DNA of 64,000 nt, from assembly GCA_002269645.1 (NCBI GenBank), contig NIVC01000527.1, positions 310,001 to 374,000 of the forward strand, read 5' to 3'. Shown piece after piece: positions 1 through 12,000 of the stretch. Both the position numbers and the translations under genes were made by a program. Position 1 is the first letter of the stretch, and each line of letters starts with the position of its first letter. Under the pieces are notes generated by a model, which saw nothing but the letters and a program-made list of their open reading frames with translations, was not told where the DNA came from and made no database searches. Source of the stretch: Macrostomum lignano. Taxonomy: Eukaryota.

Positions 1-68
1 TAGCCAACAATGGACTCCAAACTCTGAGCTTGGCTGGAAGAGGGCTCAGAGTTGTGTCAGGGCTGGGA

Positions 69-123
69 GTTGGGTGTCAGGGGTCTCAAAGTTGGGTGTC
101 AGGGGTCTCAAAGTTGGGTGTCA
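69..123. repeat. Short 22-bp tandem repeat (gggtgtcaggggtctcaaagtt), about 2.5 copies
   Basis: Direct repeats read in lines 61-121. Confidence 0.8.
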
Positions 124-350
124 GAAGATTATGTTGGTGTATTTTATTTCTATATTAGCAGCTTGAAATAATCATCTATAGTTTGTGCTTGTACTTATAA
201 GTTTTATTTTCCCTTATCAAACATATCTGCATAGTTTTATTGAAGCGGAGGAAAAATGGGTCGATTGCATAATTGTTTACAGGAATATAATTCATTTGAA
301 ACATTGCATCAATTCTTAGTTTGAATATATATTTGACTGATATTATTCAG

Positions 351-1852
351 GTAGCCAAGCACAAGACCAGTGCCTACTTCGGCGCAGCTAAAGTTAATGT
401 GGCCGAGTGCTGCAGCCTGCTGCTGCGGCTGCTGCGACGTCGCGAAGCCGCCAACCCAACCGACGGCGACGCCAATCTGCCGTTCATCAAGTTTAAGTAC
501 GGCGGCTTTGACGGACTGTTTCGGGAACACCGAGAGAGTTTTAGTCCGCTGCTGGCAGGTGTCACCTGCACCGATTTCCGAATTTTTGTCGAAACGAAAG
601 TGAGTGGCTATTCTAAGATGCTTTTCATATATCGACTACGTTACATAGATCATTTGGCTTCATTTTTCATTTATCACCAGAAATTGGGGGGGGGGCGAGA
701 GTTTAGGAAGTGGCACTTCTGAGTCGCCTGTGCACCCGAAATCTGCTACTGGTCTAGTCTATTCCCATCATACCTGAAACTGTTAAATTCAGTAAAATAA
801 CAAATATGTTTTATCTTCTTCAATTCGCCATCTTCCTTTTAAAGCACTACTGGCGGGCGAGGACCCGCAACTTGTGGCGGACCGGCTTTATCATACGCCA
901 CAGGTGGCGCGGAATTTTTACCAGGTCCACACGGACTGGTACTGGCAGGCCGGTAGCGCTGTTCTGCAGCAAATAGTGAAGGAGAGCGCCGGAAGGGTAA
1001 GCTCTGCTGAGAATTTCTTTTTGCCCTAAGCTGTCTTTTATGCTGCATGCTTCCTAATAGATAATTCCTTATTTATTTTCTAAGTCTAGTTAAACAAACG
1101 AGAATTAATGAAAGCAGAAAAATTTTCTTTGAAAAAATTAGGCCACACGTCAGCCGATTCAGTCCCGGCCATCGACGCAGCATTCGCGGCACGCCATCAC
1201 CGCCGCGTCCGAGCGCAGCGCCACCAACGCCGCCGCGTCGGAGTGCAGCGCCACCGCCCCCGCTTCAAACCGCAGCGCCGCCCGCGCGTCGAAGCGCAGC
1301 GCCACCACCGCCGCCGCGTCGGAGCGCAGCGCCACCACCGCCGCCGCGTCCGAGCGCAGCGCCACCAACGCCGCCGCGTCGGAGTGCAGCGCCACCGCCC
1401 CCGCTTCAAACCGCAGCGCAGCCCGCGCGTCGAAGCGCAGCGCCACCACCGCCGCCGCGTCGGAGCGCAGCGCCACCAACGCCGCCGCGTCCGAGCGCAG
1501 CGCCACCGCCCCCGCGTCGGAGCGCAGCGGCACCACTGCACCAAGCAATCACAACACCTGGCAGCCAAGTGTCATGGTGCTTGCCTTTTGGCCTGGCGAT
1601 GGTGAGCAGTGGTGGCCTGCAATTGTCTGCTTGCCGCCAAGAGGCAAATTAGCTACACGTGGCAACCGCGTCCATGTGCAGTTTTTGGACGAGCCCCCAA
1701 GCCGGGATTGGGTCGACAACGTGCGGCCCGCGGCAAACCATGGCATTGGCTTCTAGGCTAAAAGCCAGGACTTCATCCTTTGCATGAAGAAGCTGAAGCT
1801 GGCTTTAAAAATGTCGAGATTGGAGCGCCTCGAGCACTTTTTGAAAGTTTAA
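351..1852 (+). pseudogene. Spliced tyrosine-recombinase (Crypton-like) C-terminal half fused to an MSH6/NSD-type PWWP domain; 5' exons lie left of the window; one in-frame TAG
   Basis: Exon 351-599/603 (ttcag|GTAGCC) encodes VAKHKT...G and GVTCTDFRIFVETK. Exon 845-996 (aaag|...AGG|gtaag) encodes VADRLYHTPQVARNFY, with the H-x8-Y spacing of YR box II. Exon 1142-1852 (ttag|GCC, phase 0 matching the previous donor) encodes a repeat linker then VLAFWPGDGEQWWPAIV...VHVQFLDEPPSRDWV...GF*AKSQDFILCMKKLKLALKMSRLERLE. TAG at 1754-1756, final TAA at 1850-1852. Confidence 0.72.
1199..1530 (+). repeat. 30-bp coding tandem repeat (~AAASERSATT) forming the recombinase-PWWP linker
   Basis: gccgccgcgtcggagcgcagcgccaccacc-type units, open in the PWWP frame. 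Confidence 0.85.
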
Positions 1853-2115
1853 CTGACTAGTAACTATAACTAACTAGCTAGTAACTAGTAACTAGCACTC
1901 AAACAAGTTCGCAAAATTTTACTAATTGCATTTTCTTCAATTAAATCTCGAAATATACTCGTATTATAATTAGCTAATTTGTTTGTCAGCACAAAGAAAA
2001 AAATTACATTTTAAAACTGTAATATTCTTCTGTGTCTGTCGTGTGTTCTACACATTATCTTTGACATGATATATATAACTCTATCCTCTCTCTTTCCCCG
2101 CCTGATGTCCATTCT

Positions 2116-3119
2116 GTCCAGCCAGCCTCTCATCCATTTAAGGCCATTTTGTCCAGCCAGCCTCTCAGCCATTTAAGGTCATTTTGTCACTATTACCCTG
2201 TCACTCACTCTACTAGTCTTTCACTCTGCGAGTCTGTCACTCACTCTACTAGTCTTTCACTCTGCGAATCTGTCACTCTATTAGCCAGTCACTTACTCTA
2301 CTAGTCTTTCACTCTCCAAATCTGTCAGTTTATTAGCCTGTCACTCACTCTACTAGCCTTTAACTCTGCGAATCTATCACTCTACCAGTCGGAAGTCAGC
2401 TTAAGACATGACTTTTAGACGATTTATGTAGTCTACGCATTGCTTTATAGCGAGTAACTATGGTCTAAAATCCCTCGCCATCTAATCTTCTGAGCCTACA
2501 TATGGCCGAAATAATTTTTTACACTTTGTCTTAGTACCATTCTATTTTTTCACTACCTTCTAAGGTCATTTTGTCCAGCCAGCCTCTCAGCCATTTAAGG
2601 TCATTTTGTCCAACCAGCCTCTCAGCCATTTAAGGTCATTTTGTCCGGCCAGCCTCTCAGCCATTTAAGGTCATTTTGTCCAGCCAGCCTCTCAGCCATT
2701 TAAGGTCATTTTGTCCAGCCAGCCTCTCAGCCATTTAAGGTCATTTTGTCCGGCCAGCCTCTCAGCCATTTAAGGTCATTTTGTCCGGCCAGCCTCTCAG
2801 CCATTTAAGGTCATTTTGTCCGGCCATCCTCTCAGCCATTTAAGGTCATTTTGTCCAGCCAGCCTCTCAGCCATTTAAGGTCATTTTGTCCAGCCAGCCT
2901 CTCAGCCATTTAAGGTCATTTTGTCCGGCCAGCCTCTCAGCCATTTAAGGTCATTTTGTCCAGCCAGCCTCTCAGCCATTTAAGGTCATTTTGTCCGCCC
3001 AGCCTCTCAGCCATTTAAGGTCATTTTATCTAGCCAGCCTCTCAGCCATTTAAGGTCATTTTGTCCGGCCAGCCTCTCAGCCATTTAAGGTCATTTTATC
3101 TAGCCAGCCTCTCAGCCAT
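2116..3119. repeat. 35-bp minisatellite (ccatttaaggtcattttgtccagccagcctctcag), main array 2554-3119, plus a second ~35-45 bp repeat at 2198-2385
   Basis: About 16 near-identical units in the main array; two stray units at 2116-2190. Confidence 0.92.
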
Positions 3120-3849
3120 TTCTCCAGGCTCCACAATCAGCTGTCTCCACTCTCTACTTTCTCCACTCTCTGCTGATACTCTTCCCTATCTCCTCTCCCT
3201 CCTATCTCCTGTCTCCTATTTCCATTCATATACGCCTCTTTTAACTGCCATCGCGGTTATCATTTACACATTCCACAAATGAGAATCACCGTCTTCATTA
3301 ATCATCTGCAACTGAATCAATCGTGCCATTTCTTCTGTGTGGCCGAAACTTCCAAAGCGAGTTGTTTTTCTATCTTCTATCTTCTATTATTGATATACTG
3401 TGTGAAAACTGACAATAATTGAGCTACTGTATATCGAGGCGCCACCTTCTGTATAGGCAATCAGATAGTAGCTCGTATGATAATGCTTTTTTCCTCGATC
3501 CCGCCAATCTCCATCCAATCTCCATCTCAATCCTCCATCCCGACTCTTACAATGCAGTCGAATCAATTGTTTCCAAATTCATGTTGGATGAAGGCCTGTC
3601 TAAAGTAAGCTCTGAAAAAAACTAGCCACTCAATACCTACTCAAAAACAGCTACTCAATATTTCTTGGGAAAGTAGCATGTGGAAATATCGTATTATAAT
3701 TAGGATAGGTTTGGTAAAATGTTCCAATTAAGCATTCTTCAAAATAAACATTGTGTCATATTGTCCGCTTCAGGTCAGCTTCATTCCCCACCTAAAAAGT
3801 CGTGTCATTTTGTCCGACCGTGTCATATTGTCCAGTTCGTGTCATTCAG

Positions 3850-4659
3850 TGCTCTTTGGGGACGGCACCCACACACAAAGGCCATGAAGTCGGCCTGGAC
3901 CCAGAACATCATGTGCACAGTGTGGTTCGATGCGCGAGGCGTGCTACTCGTCGACTACCTACCGCAGGGCCAGACAATCAATGCCGACTATGTGATTAAC
4001 CAGCTCGAGCAACTGCGTGCTGCCGTTCTATCCAAGCGCCGAATCATGCGTCAGAAGCCGTTCATCCTTTGGGACAACGCGCGTCCGCATGCCGCTGCTC
4101 GTACTCGCGCCAAGGTGGAAGAGCTGGGCTTTCGTCAGCTAAGTCACCCAGCCTACAGCCCCGACCTCGCGATTGCCGACTTCCATCTCTTCGGTCCAAT
4201 GAAGTTGCCAATGCGTGGGCAAGTTTTCACGACACGTCAGGAGGTCATTGACGCTGCTAACGCATCGCTGCACCAGCTGGACTCCAGCTTCTGGAAGGCT
4301 GGGTTTGACAATCTGATCGAACGCTATCAGAAGTGTATAGCATTTAACGGTGAATATGTGGAGCGCAACAGTGCTGGGCCAGACAGAAAGAACGACACCA
4401 GTGACAGTGATAGTGATTGGTAGGGATCAATGGCAGCTGGAACTTTGGTACAGTGATTTATGGTAAAGGGACACTGATTGATTGCAACGTGTTTTAAATT
4501 GTTGCTTTTTGTTCCGCTTGACACTAATAAAACATAATAATGTGTTCCTTTACTGTTTACTGTTTATCGTTTTAGAATATTATCCAGGAATTTCCCTTGT
4601 TATCATTGCGTTGAGAAATTGGCCTACAGGAAATCTGGAAACTTTTGCAACACCCCTCG
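3850..4659 (+). mobile_element. 5'-truncated mariner (DD34D) DNA transposon with intact transposase C-terminus and right TIR
   Basis: IMCTVWFD...WDNARPH...HPAYSPDLAIADFHLFGPMK...W..GF..L.ERYQKCIAFNGEYVE. Right end aaacttttgcaacacccctcg followed by TA at 4660-4661. The first catalytic D region and the left TIR are absent. Confidence 0.92.
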
Positions 4660-4721
4660 TAATTTAGGAAATTAGAACAAATGAAACTATAACACCAATG
4701 GCCAAGGCCACTGGACATGAT

Positions 4722-5694
4722 TAGGGATTAGGCCTACAAAATCCTGGCTTTTTGCAACCCCAACCAAAGATCCTAAGATTTATCCCAGAGTTTGGCCAAT
4801 CCTGGGATTCAATCCTGGGATCAGAAAAATATAGATTTTTAAGCTTATGGGTTAAAATTTTAAGCCAAAATATGTGCTAAATGAATTTTTGTTTCTATTT
4901 TTGATTGTTATAGAGATAATGCTCTTTTTGTAGATGAAAAACAGCATTATCTTGTGACATATTTAAGCAAGTATAAAAGTGCAAAAGTACTAATTAGTAG
5001 TAAAGAAGCTAATCGGCAATCTTTTACTTTATTGCGTTTAATTATTTTTCACTTTTCTTTCTTATTTCAGCCAATTCACTGATGGCTGGAAGGCCCTCTG
5101 CACCCACCCTTTGTCCACCCTAACAACCCATCGATCCACACAAACACCATTGAGGGGTCGTGGGCCATGTCAAGGCAAAGTTCCAGGCAAGGCGATGCAT
5201 GGCACTTCTGAAGCTCTGTTTGAAACCTATCTCAATGAGTATCTCTGGCACCAGCTCTTTCCTAGAAAGGAGTTTGGCAACTTCCTGTACTGGGTGGCTC
5301 ATTATTACTGACTAATTGACTTACTTGACACTTAAAGACATTTACCTTTTATCCTCCTACTATCTTTGTTCTGAAATAATAAAAAAACAGTTAAATTAAT
5401 AAAACGCAGTAAAGTAAAAGATAGCCAGCTAATCATACATCAAAATTTATATTGAAATAAATTTCATATTTAAATCTGATGCAGGATTTAAAAAGGTGCC
5501 ACGCAATGTGAGAAACTTTAGCAGAAATTAGTGCAGCATAATAAACTAGTTATTGGCCCAATTATGTTCATATTACAACACTCTTCATAAAATTAGTAAC
5601 AAAAATGAGTCCTAAGATTTGGGACCCCAAATCCCAAGACTGGAAATCCCAGGATTTGGGCCAGGATCCTAGGATTCTGGGATTGCAATCCCTA
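4722..5694. mobile_element. hAT-like MITE (TAGGGATT...AATCCCTA) with degenerate 8-bp TSD
   Basis: Termini tagggatt (4722) and caatcccta (5694); aatcctggga-type subterminal repeats at both ends; flanks gacatgat (4714-4721) and gatatggt (5695-5702) differ by two transitions. Confidence 0.65.
5015..5426 (+). mobile_element. Merlin (IS1595-like) non-autonomous deletion derivative, 412 bp
   Basis: ~25-bp TIRs ggcaatcttttactttattgcgttt / aaacgcagtaaagtaaaagatagcc; perfect 8-bp TSD AGCTAATC (5007-5014, 5427-5434). Frameshifted transposase C-terminus FTDGWKA...HTNTIEGSW...MHGTSEALFETYLNEYLW. Confidence 0.9.
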
Positions 5695-8600
5695 GATATG
5701 GTTTAGAGAAGAGATAGATTAAGTTATAAAGTTTTAAATTGTTATTGAGCAACATAGAGCTACAGCTATTAATATTAAAGTTATGGAAATGCTTATCCCC
5801 ACAGTCCTATGCTGATAATTCTAATTTTATCCACACAGATCCATGTTGATAATTTCTAGCTTATTCCCACGGCAGCTTATTGAAATAGTTGCTACCATTC
5901 AATCAAGTCTATACACCTTGTCAATAATTCCAATTTTATTCACACAGATCCATGTCAATAAAATATAATTTTATAGCTTATCTTACCCCCATGGCAGCTT
6001 ATTTGAATATTTGAATAGAGAACCTTAAAATGAATATTCAAAAACCATCTATTTGTTTTCACTGTTTTAGGCCTACAAATCTTCCAAATAAACTACTAAA
6101 TACTGAATAGTATCAAGCACTTTGTTAAAAAAGTTTCATTATTAAAAGGGTTAACCTACTAACAAATTGCTTCTTTGTATGTGCCATGTGGCACAAAAAT
6201 TTCTTTTTAGGCCTAGTTTTCTACTTAGAATTAGATGGCAGATGCTGGATAGTAGTTTGTTATGAAAGTTGCTGGCTCATTCCAGATAAGATGGACATAT
6301 TTGGAAAATAGAAAAGTCAATATTTTTGCTTACCATTGCCTTATCAGCCATTTTTTTGCCAAATGTTTTAAGTGTGTAATATATACAATCTAAGAATATA
6401 TTAATGGTAAAATGTTGGATTAGTATGTTATCAATTGGCAAAAAGTCATTTTAGGAAAAATTCGGAATTTTTCTAAGCAAAAAACATCATTAACTTTGTG
6501 TACCTTTTAAAAACAAATAGAAAGCTTTGGGAGGCTGAAACAAACAATAGATAAAATTATAGTACTTGCATAATCAGATAAAAACATTAGCGACCATATA
6601 ATGTATTATATTTTTAATATATTGATACCTCAAAGTTACTGAATTGACAGAAAAAAATATGTTACAACCATAATGCTATGACCATAAGGCTGCCTTTTCT
6701 TTTGTATCTTTGTTGCCTTTATGAGTTTATATATTCTAATAAAAGAATATGATTTCTGAAGATGTTCTTAGTCAAATTAAAAAAATGTATTGCAAAATAT
6801 CAAAAATGAAAAATGTTATAAGACTTTGAGAAAGGCCCCTCTCGTTTTTATTCAACTATTATCATGCATTTTAAAACCGCGCTAAAAACTATGAAACACT
6901 TTTTGTTAAAATGAATATATTTTTGATAATATTTCACGCGAATTAATTTTGTTATAAATCGTTGTAAAATTTAGTATAAATACAAGCGATTCAGACAAGA
7001 GGAGAGAGCAACTTGCTTGCAGTGTACAGTTCAAGAATTGAAGGTGCTAAGAAATAATCAGTGTTCCGACTAAATATATTTGCAGTGTTTTCCGAGTTAT
7101 TCATTTGAAGTAAGAGTGAAGTAGACGAGAGTATATACAGCATATATTACTGAGAAGCAGCAGTATTGAGTAGTAAGAGAATACGAAGTAGTTCCGAAGT
7201 AATAAGTGCAAGAATAACCGGAGGCTATGACCCTCTGATCTTGGAAACACCCAGGACTAGAAAAGTACATGCAATACATATACCAGTAAGCCAATAGACC
7301 ACTCAGGCCAGAATAATAATAAACACTACCAGAACAATATTAGACACTACCGGAATAACAGGAGAACGATAACAATTGTAAGGGCTGAATAATATTCTAA
7401 GAACAATATACTCAGATAAATACTCAGATAAATACTTAGACTAAATACTAAGATATATACTCAGATTAATTCTAAGAAACATTTCTCGGATTATTCTAAG
7501 ATTGATAAACTCATAATTTATTGATAGGATAATCCTGGTGGCAGCTACCAACTTAAAAGATTAGTTTAGCCCTTTGACAACTTTGATGGCAGCTAGTAAG
7601 GCTAAACAAAAGAACAAATAAGAGCCCTGGGACAGCTTTTGGTAACAACAGTGGGATATTATTAAGAAGGAAGAAACACCCCTGTTACAGCTTTGGTGTC
7701 AGCAATTGAGATTTTCATAGAGAGCAAAAAGGCCTGTTACAACTTTTATCTTTTAGTTTCTATGTGTCAAAAATCCTGTTGTTACGACCATAAGTGCCAT
7801 TCAAGGTTTAATAGCATCTATACTAATGATGATATCTATATGAAACTATATAAATATATTCTTGACAAAATAATCCTTTATTCAAAATATTGGTTTAGTA
7901 TATTCTATTATTAGATTTCATTTTATAAGTAAAAATAGCCTGTCATGTTACGACCATAATTATATGGAATGGCCCTGCTAATTAAATTTATAAAAAGTTG
8001 ACATTGGTTTTGTCAATATTTATTGAATGCCATTGATCCACTAATTATCACGCTTAATTTGTTATTTAGGCATTAATTTTAAAGACTAGCTTAGCTGCCA
8101 GCTTCACTTACTTAGAACAACCAAACAACCCTCTAAGATCGAGGCAAACAAGACTTGCAAAATTCAAATTTCAAAATGTAATAATAACAATAATAATAAT
8201 AATAATAATGACAATATCGATTTTGGATGGAGAGTTAGCAATATGCAAAAATGACACTGTCACACTGTGGTTTCGTTAGCAATATGTAAAAATGACACTG
8301 TCACACTGTGGTTTCAATGGAAAGTCACAAACATTGAAATAACAATTAGGCCTACTTACGTTTACATAAGTTACGTTTACATTTATACGTTACAATAAAA
8401 AGACTAATATGTCTATTAGTAAAAAGACTAGTAAGCAACATTTAACGTCAGTACACAAAACTAAACACAAACAACTGCACAACCTTAGCCGTGGGGATAA
8501 GATGGAAATTATCGACACGGATCCGTGTGGATAAAATTGGAATTATCGGCACGGGACCGTTGGGATAAGCAATTCCAAAAATTATAGCCACTGCGAAAAC

Positions 8601-9049
8601 ATTCCGATATCAAACGACAAAGATTGTGTCCTAACTACTATTTCCGCTCGTTCGACGTTCACATGACTTATCTTTCCTTCACAATTTATTAGGCCTATTT
8701 TTACTGCTATCAAGTTTGCAGACAACTAGCTAGCAGTTTCGTGGATTGATTAATTTCAAATAAAGTTACCTGCTTAAACAAAACAATATTCCAAAAACTT
8801 TAAAATTCGTTTAAGAGATAATTTACTGTCATTGTTACGTAGAAAAAATTATTATTAAATTCGTTTGTTTAAAAATTTTACTTTAATTTTTTCTTAAACT
8901 TAAAATACTTATTAGGCTTGAAATACTTTTTAATTTTAACATGTACGTCTAAGTAGAAGTTCCTGTTCTTTATCTTAAATGTTTTGAATATCATAGGTAA
9001 ACGGCTGGCTGACTACCTTCTACCCCATAGAGCTTAATCACGGGCAAAA

Positions 9050-12000
9050 ATGTCAAAACTATGGAACGAGAATTTGTGGGTGCGTACAATTAATGTTTCG
9101 TTTTTATTTCTTTATAAATCAAAATCAAGATCAATGATTTAAAATTGAGGCTTCCTTTGACTTCGTTTGTCTACTAAAAATATTACAAATTCCTTTTCTG
9201 GCTTTGCTCGACAACTCTAAAGGCAAGGCTAGAAGAGCAATATTGAGTAGTTAACAAGTTACAAGAAAATAGTAATTACATGAAAAGTTACTTTTTAATT
9301 TTAGTGGTGTTAAATTTTCGCTGTTACTTTTTACCATTACTCTTCCAAGCTAATAGATGTGAATAGTTTTAATTTATCCTCTTAATTGTTCCCATTTCAG
9401 GATACATTTAATCCTCACGTTTACAACTTCAACAAATTTAACTTCGAATTCTTAAAGACTTTCACTGAGTTTTTAAAGCGCCGCTGCAAGATAGAGGAAA
9501 CCTACTGCAAAGAGCTTCGGTAAGAATAAAACACGCTTGTCTATGAGTTAAAATAACGGTTTTTACTACTTGATGTGGCGATGATGTAACATGTATTCAA
9601 CCGATATTCCACCGTTGTCACTATTTATTATTTCCTCCCGCAAACGCTGATTGCAATATATAAATTTCAGAAAGCTTTGCTGCGATTGTCGTCCAAAGGA
9701 CTACAACTCCAACTCAAAGGAATATGCTAGGTAAGTGTTTGCTCCTTGCTTTGCAGAGTTTATAGGTGCTTGCCGTTGAGAGAACAAGGTGGCGCGGATG
9801 TTCTTTTGAGTTTGTCTGAGTTTAGGGATTGAGTATGAGAATACTGGGAATTAGATTCAAGAGCGCAATCCAAGGTAACCTAACAGGTTCTAATCCCCAC
9901 TGCAAGTCTAACACGTATGTATCAATCGTCAGGTTTTCAGTCCAGGCTGCCTTTGACTCAGCTCTAGGAGAGCTGATCTCCATGGCGGATCAGCGCAACG
10001 ATCTGCTGATTCAAAAGCTACGCGACACTCGGCACCAGCTACAGAAGGAGCTGACAGAGCTGCGCGATTCGGCCGCTAAAGCAGAGCGCCGCATCGCCGA
10101 GAAGAGCCGCGACCTCGAGACTAGCCGAAAAAAGGTGACGACCGCGCGCTCCCAGTACCATCGGGCGCATGCCGATCAGGCCAAAGCGACCACTCCTGAG
10201 GCGCAGGAGCAGCGACGGCAGCAGTGCGCTGCCAAACGCACAGTCTACGAAGGTACGAACACATTTAACTTGAACTTAATACATTTGACGATCTTCCAGC
10301 AGTCTGCGCTCCATCCCCGTTGGGAGGCTACATGGGGAGAAATATTTTTTAATAACCCACCTGTAGCTTTTGACCTTGCAGAGCCACTATTGGAAATACC
10401 ATTTAAGAAAAATGGTATTTAAAGCAGAAAAGCATTTTCCCTGAAAGCCAGCTACATGTATCTAGCCTAAGGTATCAGCATCTCCTTTGAGCTTTGGCTC
10501 AAAGCATTTGAGCAGCCCCCATAAGCCACAGCATTTCAGCAATCCCCTTTTGAGTCTTGACATGTCAGAAATCCCCCCAAAACCGCAACTTATTTATACA
10601 TTTGAAGATCCTCTGTTGAAAGCGCAGATGGCTTCCGAACGCATAAATAGAAATCTAATTGTTCCAAACACTCAAAACGATTTAAGCAATCATAGATTTT
10701 TTCTCGTAGTATCATTAATCAACCAAACATTTTAAAAGCATGCACGTTTCTAGAGCAATCCCTGTCAGCCCCTTTACATAGAACCGTCGACATGCGCGCT
10801 ATTGTATGAAGAGCAAGAGATTTAGAAAAACTTTTAAGAAATAAGTGTGCGACAGCTCAACCGGAATTCATTAATGAGATCCAAACAGTGAAACAAAAAC
10901 ACTAAGTAATTTTCCTAGCTATTTTGCTACAAAATGCTCAGTGCTAGTTTATCATTATCATACTTTATCATACGCTCGTAAAACCCAACACTTGCTTCAT
11001 TCGAGTATCAGACCATTCTTATATTTCTTTATATTAGAAGCAAGGGGCTGTGTGCACCATGGCGCACTTGAAGCGACATTGTTACACAACCGGCGAGAGG
11101 CATTACTGCCCCTTCCGACGACTCCCCTGTACGCAGTCATACGCACAGGCTCACACTCACACAGGATTGTACAGCGGCCCTAACTTTATTTATCGTTAGG
11201 CATTTGCACTTCACTGTGCCTTGGGGGTTGGATGTCAAGGGCGTTAATTGCACGAGCAGAGCCAAGCCGAGATTCCAATTTAGCCCCAAATCAATGTGAC
11301 CTGGTCTGGGCCGCTGGGCTACGGCCACCCAGTATAAGCCCCTCTTATTTATCCAGACTTTTAGTGTAGCTACATTAAGTCTTTTCTAATATTTATGCTT
11401 TTTTACACAGGAGCCCTCGGTGAATTCAACGAACTGCAGCGGCAGTACTACCACTCCGATCTACTCGAGCAGCTCAACCGATTGGAGATGCTCCAGCGCA
11501 ATTTTTGCACCGTCAGCCGCAACGCCATGGTGGATTGCGCCGATGCCGAGACCGCCACCCTGGCTGAGCAGACTCGCTCCGCCACCGGCATGTCGGCCTC
11601 GGTTAATCGCATCGATGCTGAGGCGGATGCTGCGACGTTTGTTCGCATCACAGCCAGCGACGAGCCCTTGCCAAACGACATGGTCCTGGAGGAACCGGCC
11701 ACTGCAGCCGCTGGGACTCTGACCCGGCCGGTTGTAACGGTGAGAGAAACCAACATCGTCTTTAAAGACCGATTGTTACATTTAGATATCCAACAATTTT
11801 TACTTATGCGTCTCTATTTTTTACTATTGCGCAGTATCGTACAGTACTGTCAGGTGTAGCCTCCAGACCAAACCAGCTACAACATTTCGGACCTGTCGAA
11901 TACAAATGCCGAGACATCCCATCTTTAGGCTCTCTGTCGGGGAATTCCTATGGCAGTTGACTGGTCCCAGCATTACTTTGGGCTCCATTCTTAGAGCTTT

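Noticed and set aside
1108-1605. 165-aa Arg/His/Gln-rich ORF from the track
   Set aside because: Wrong frame of the linker repeat; the adjacent frame is continuous with PWWP and has matching splice phase.
11200-11340. Possible SINE head on the minus strand in an F-BAR intron
   Set aside because: A-box-like TAGCCCAGCGG is present but I found no B box.
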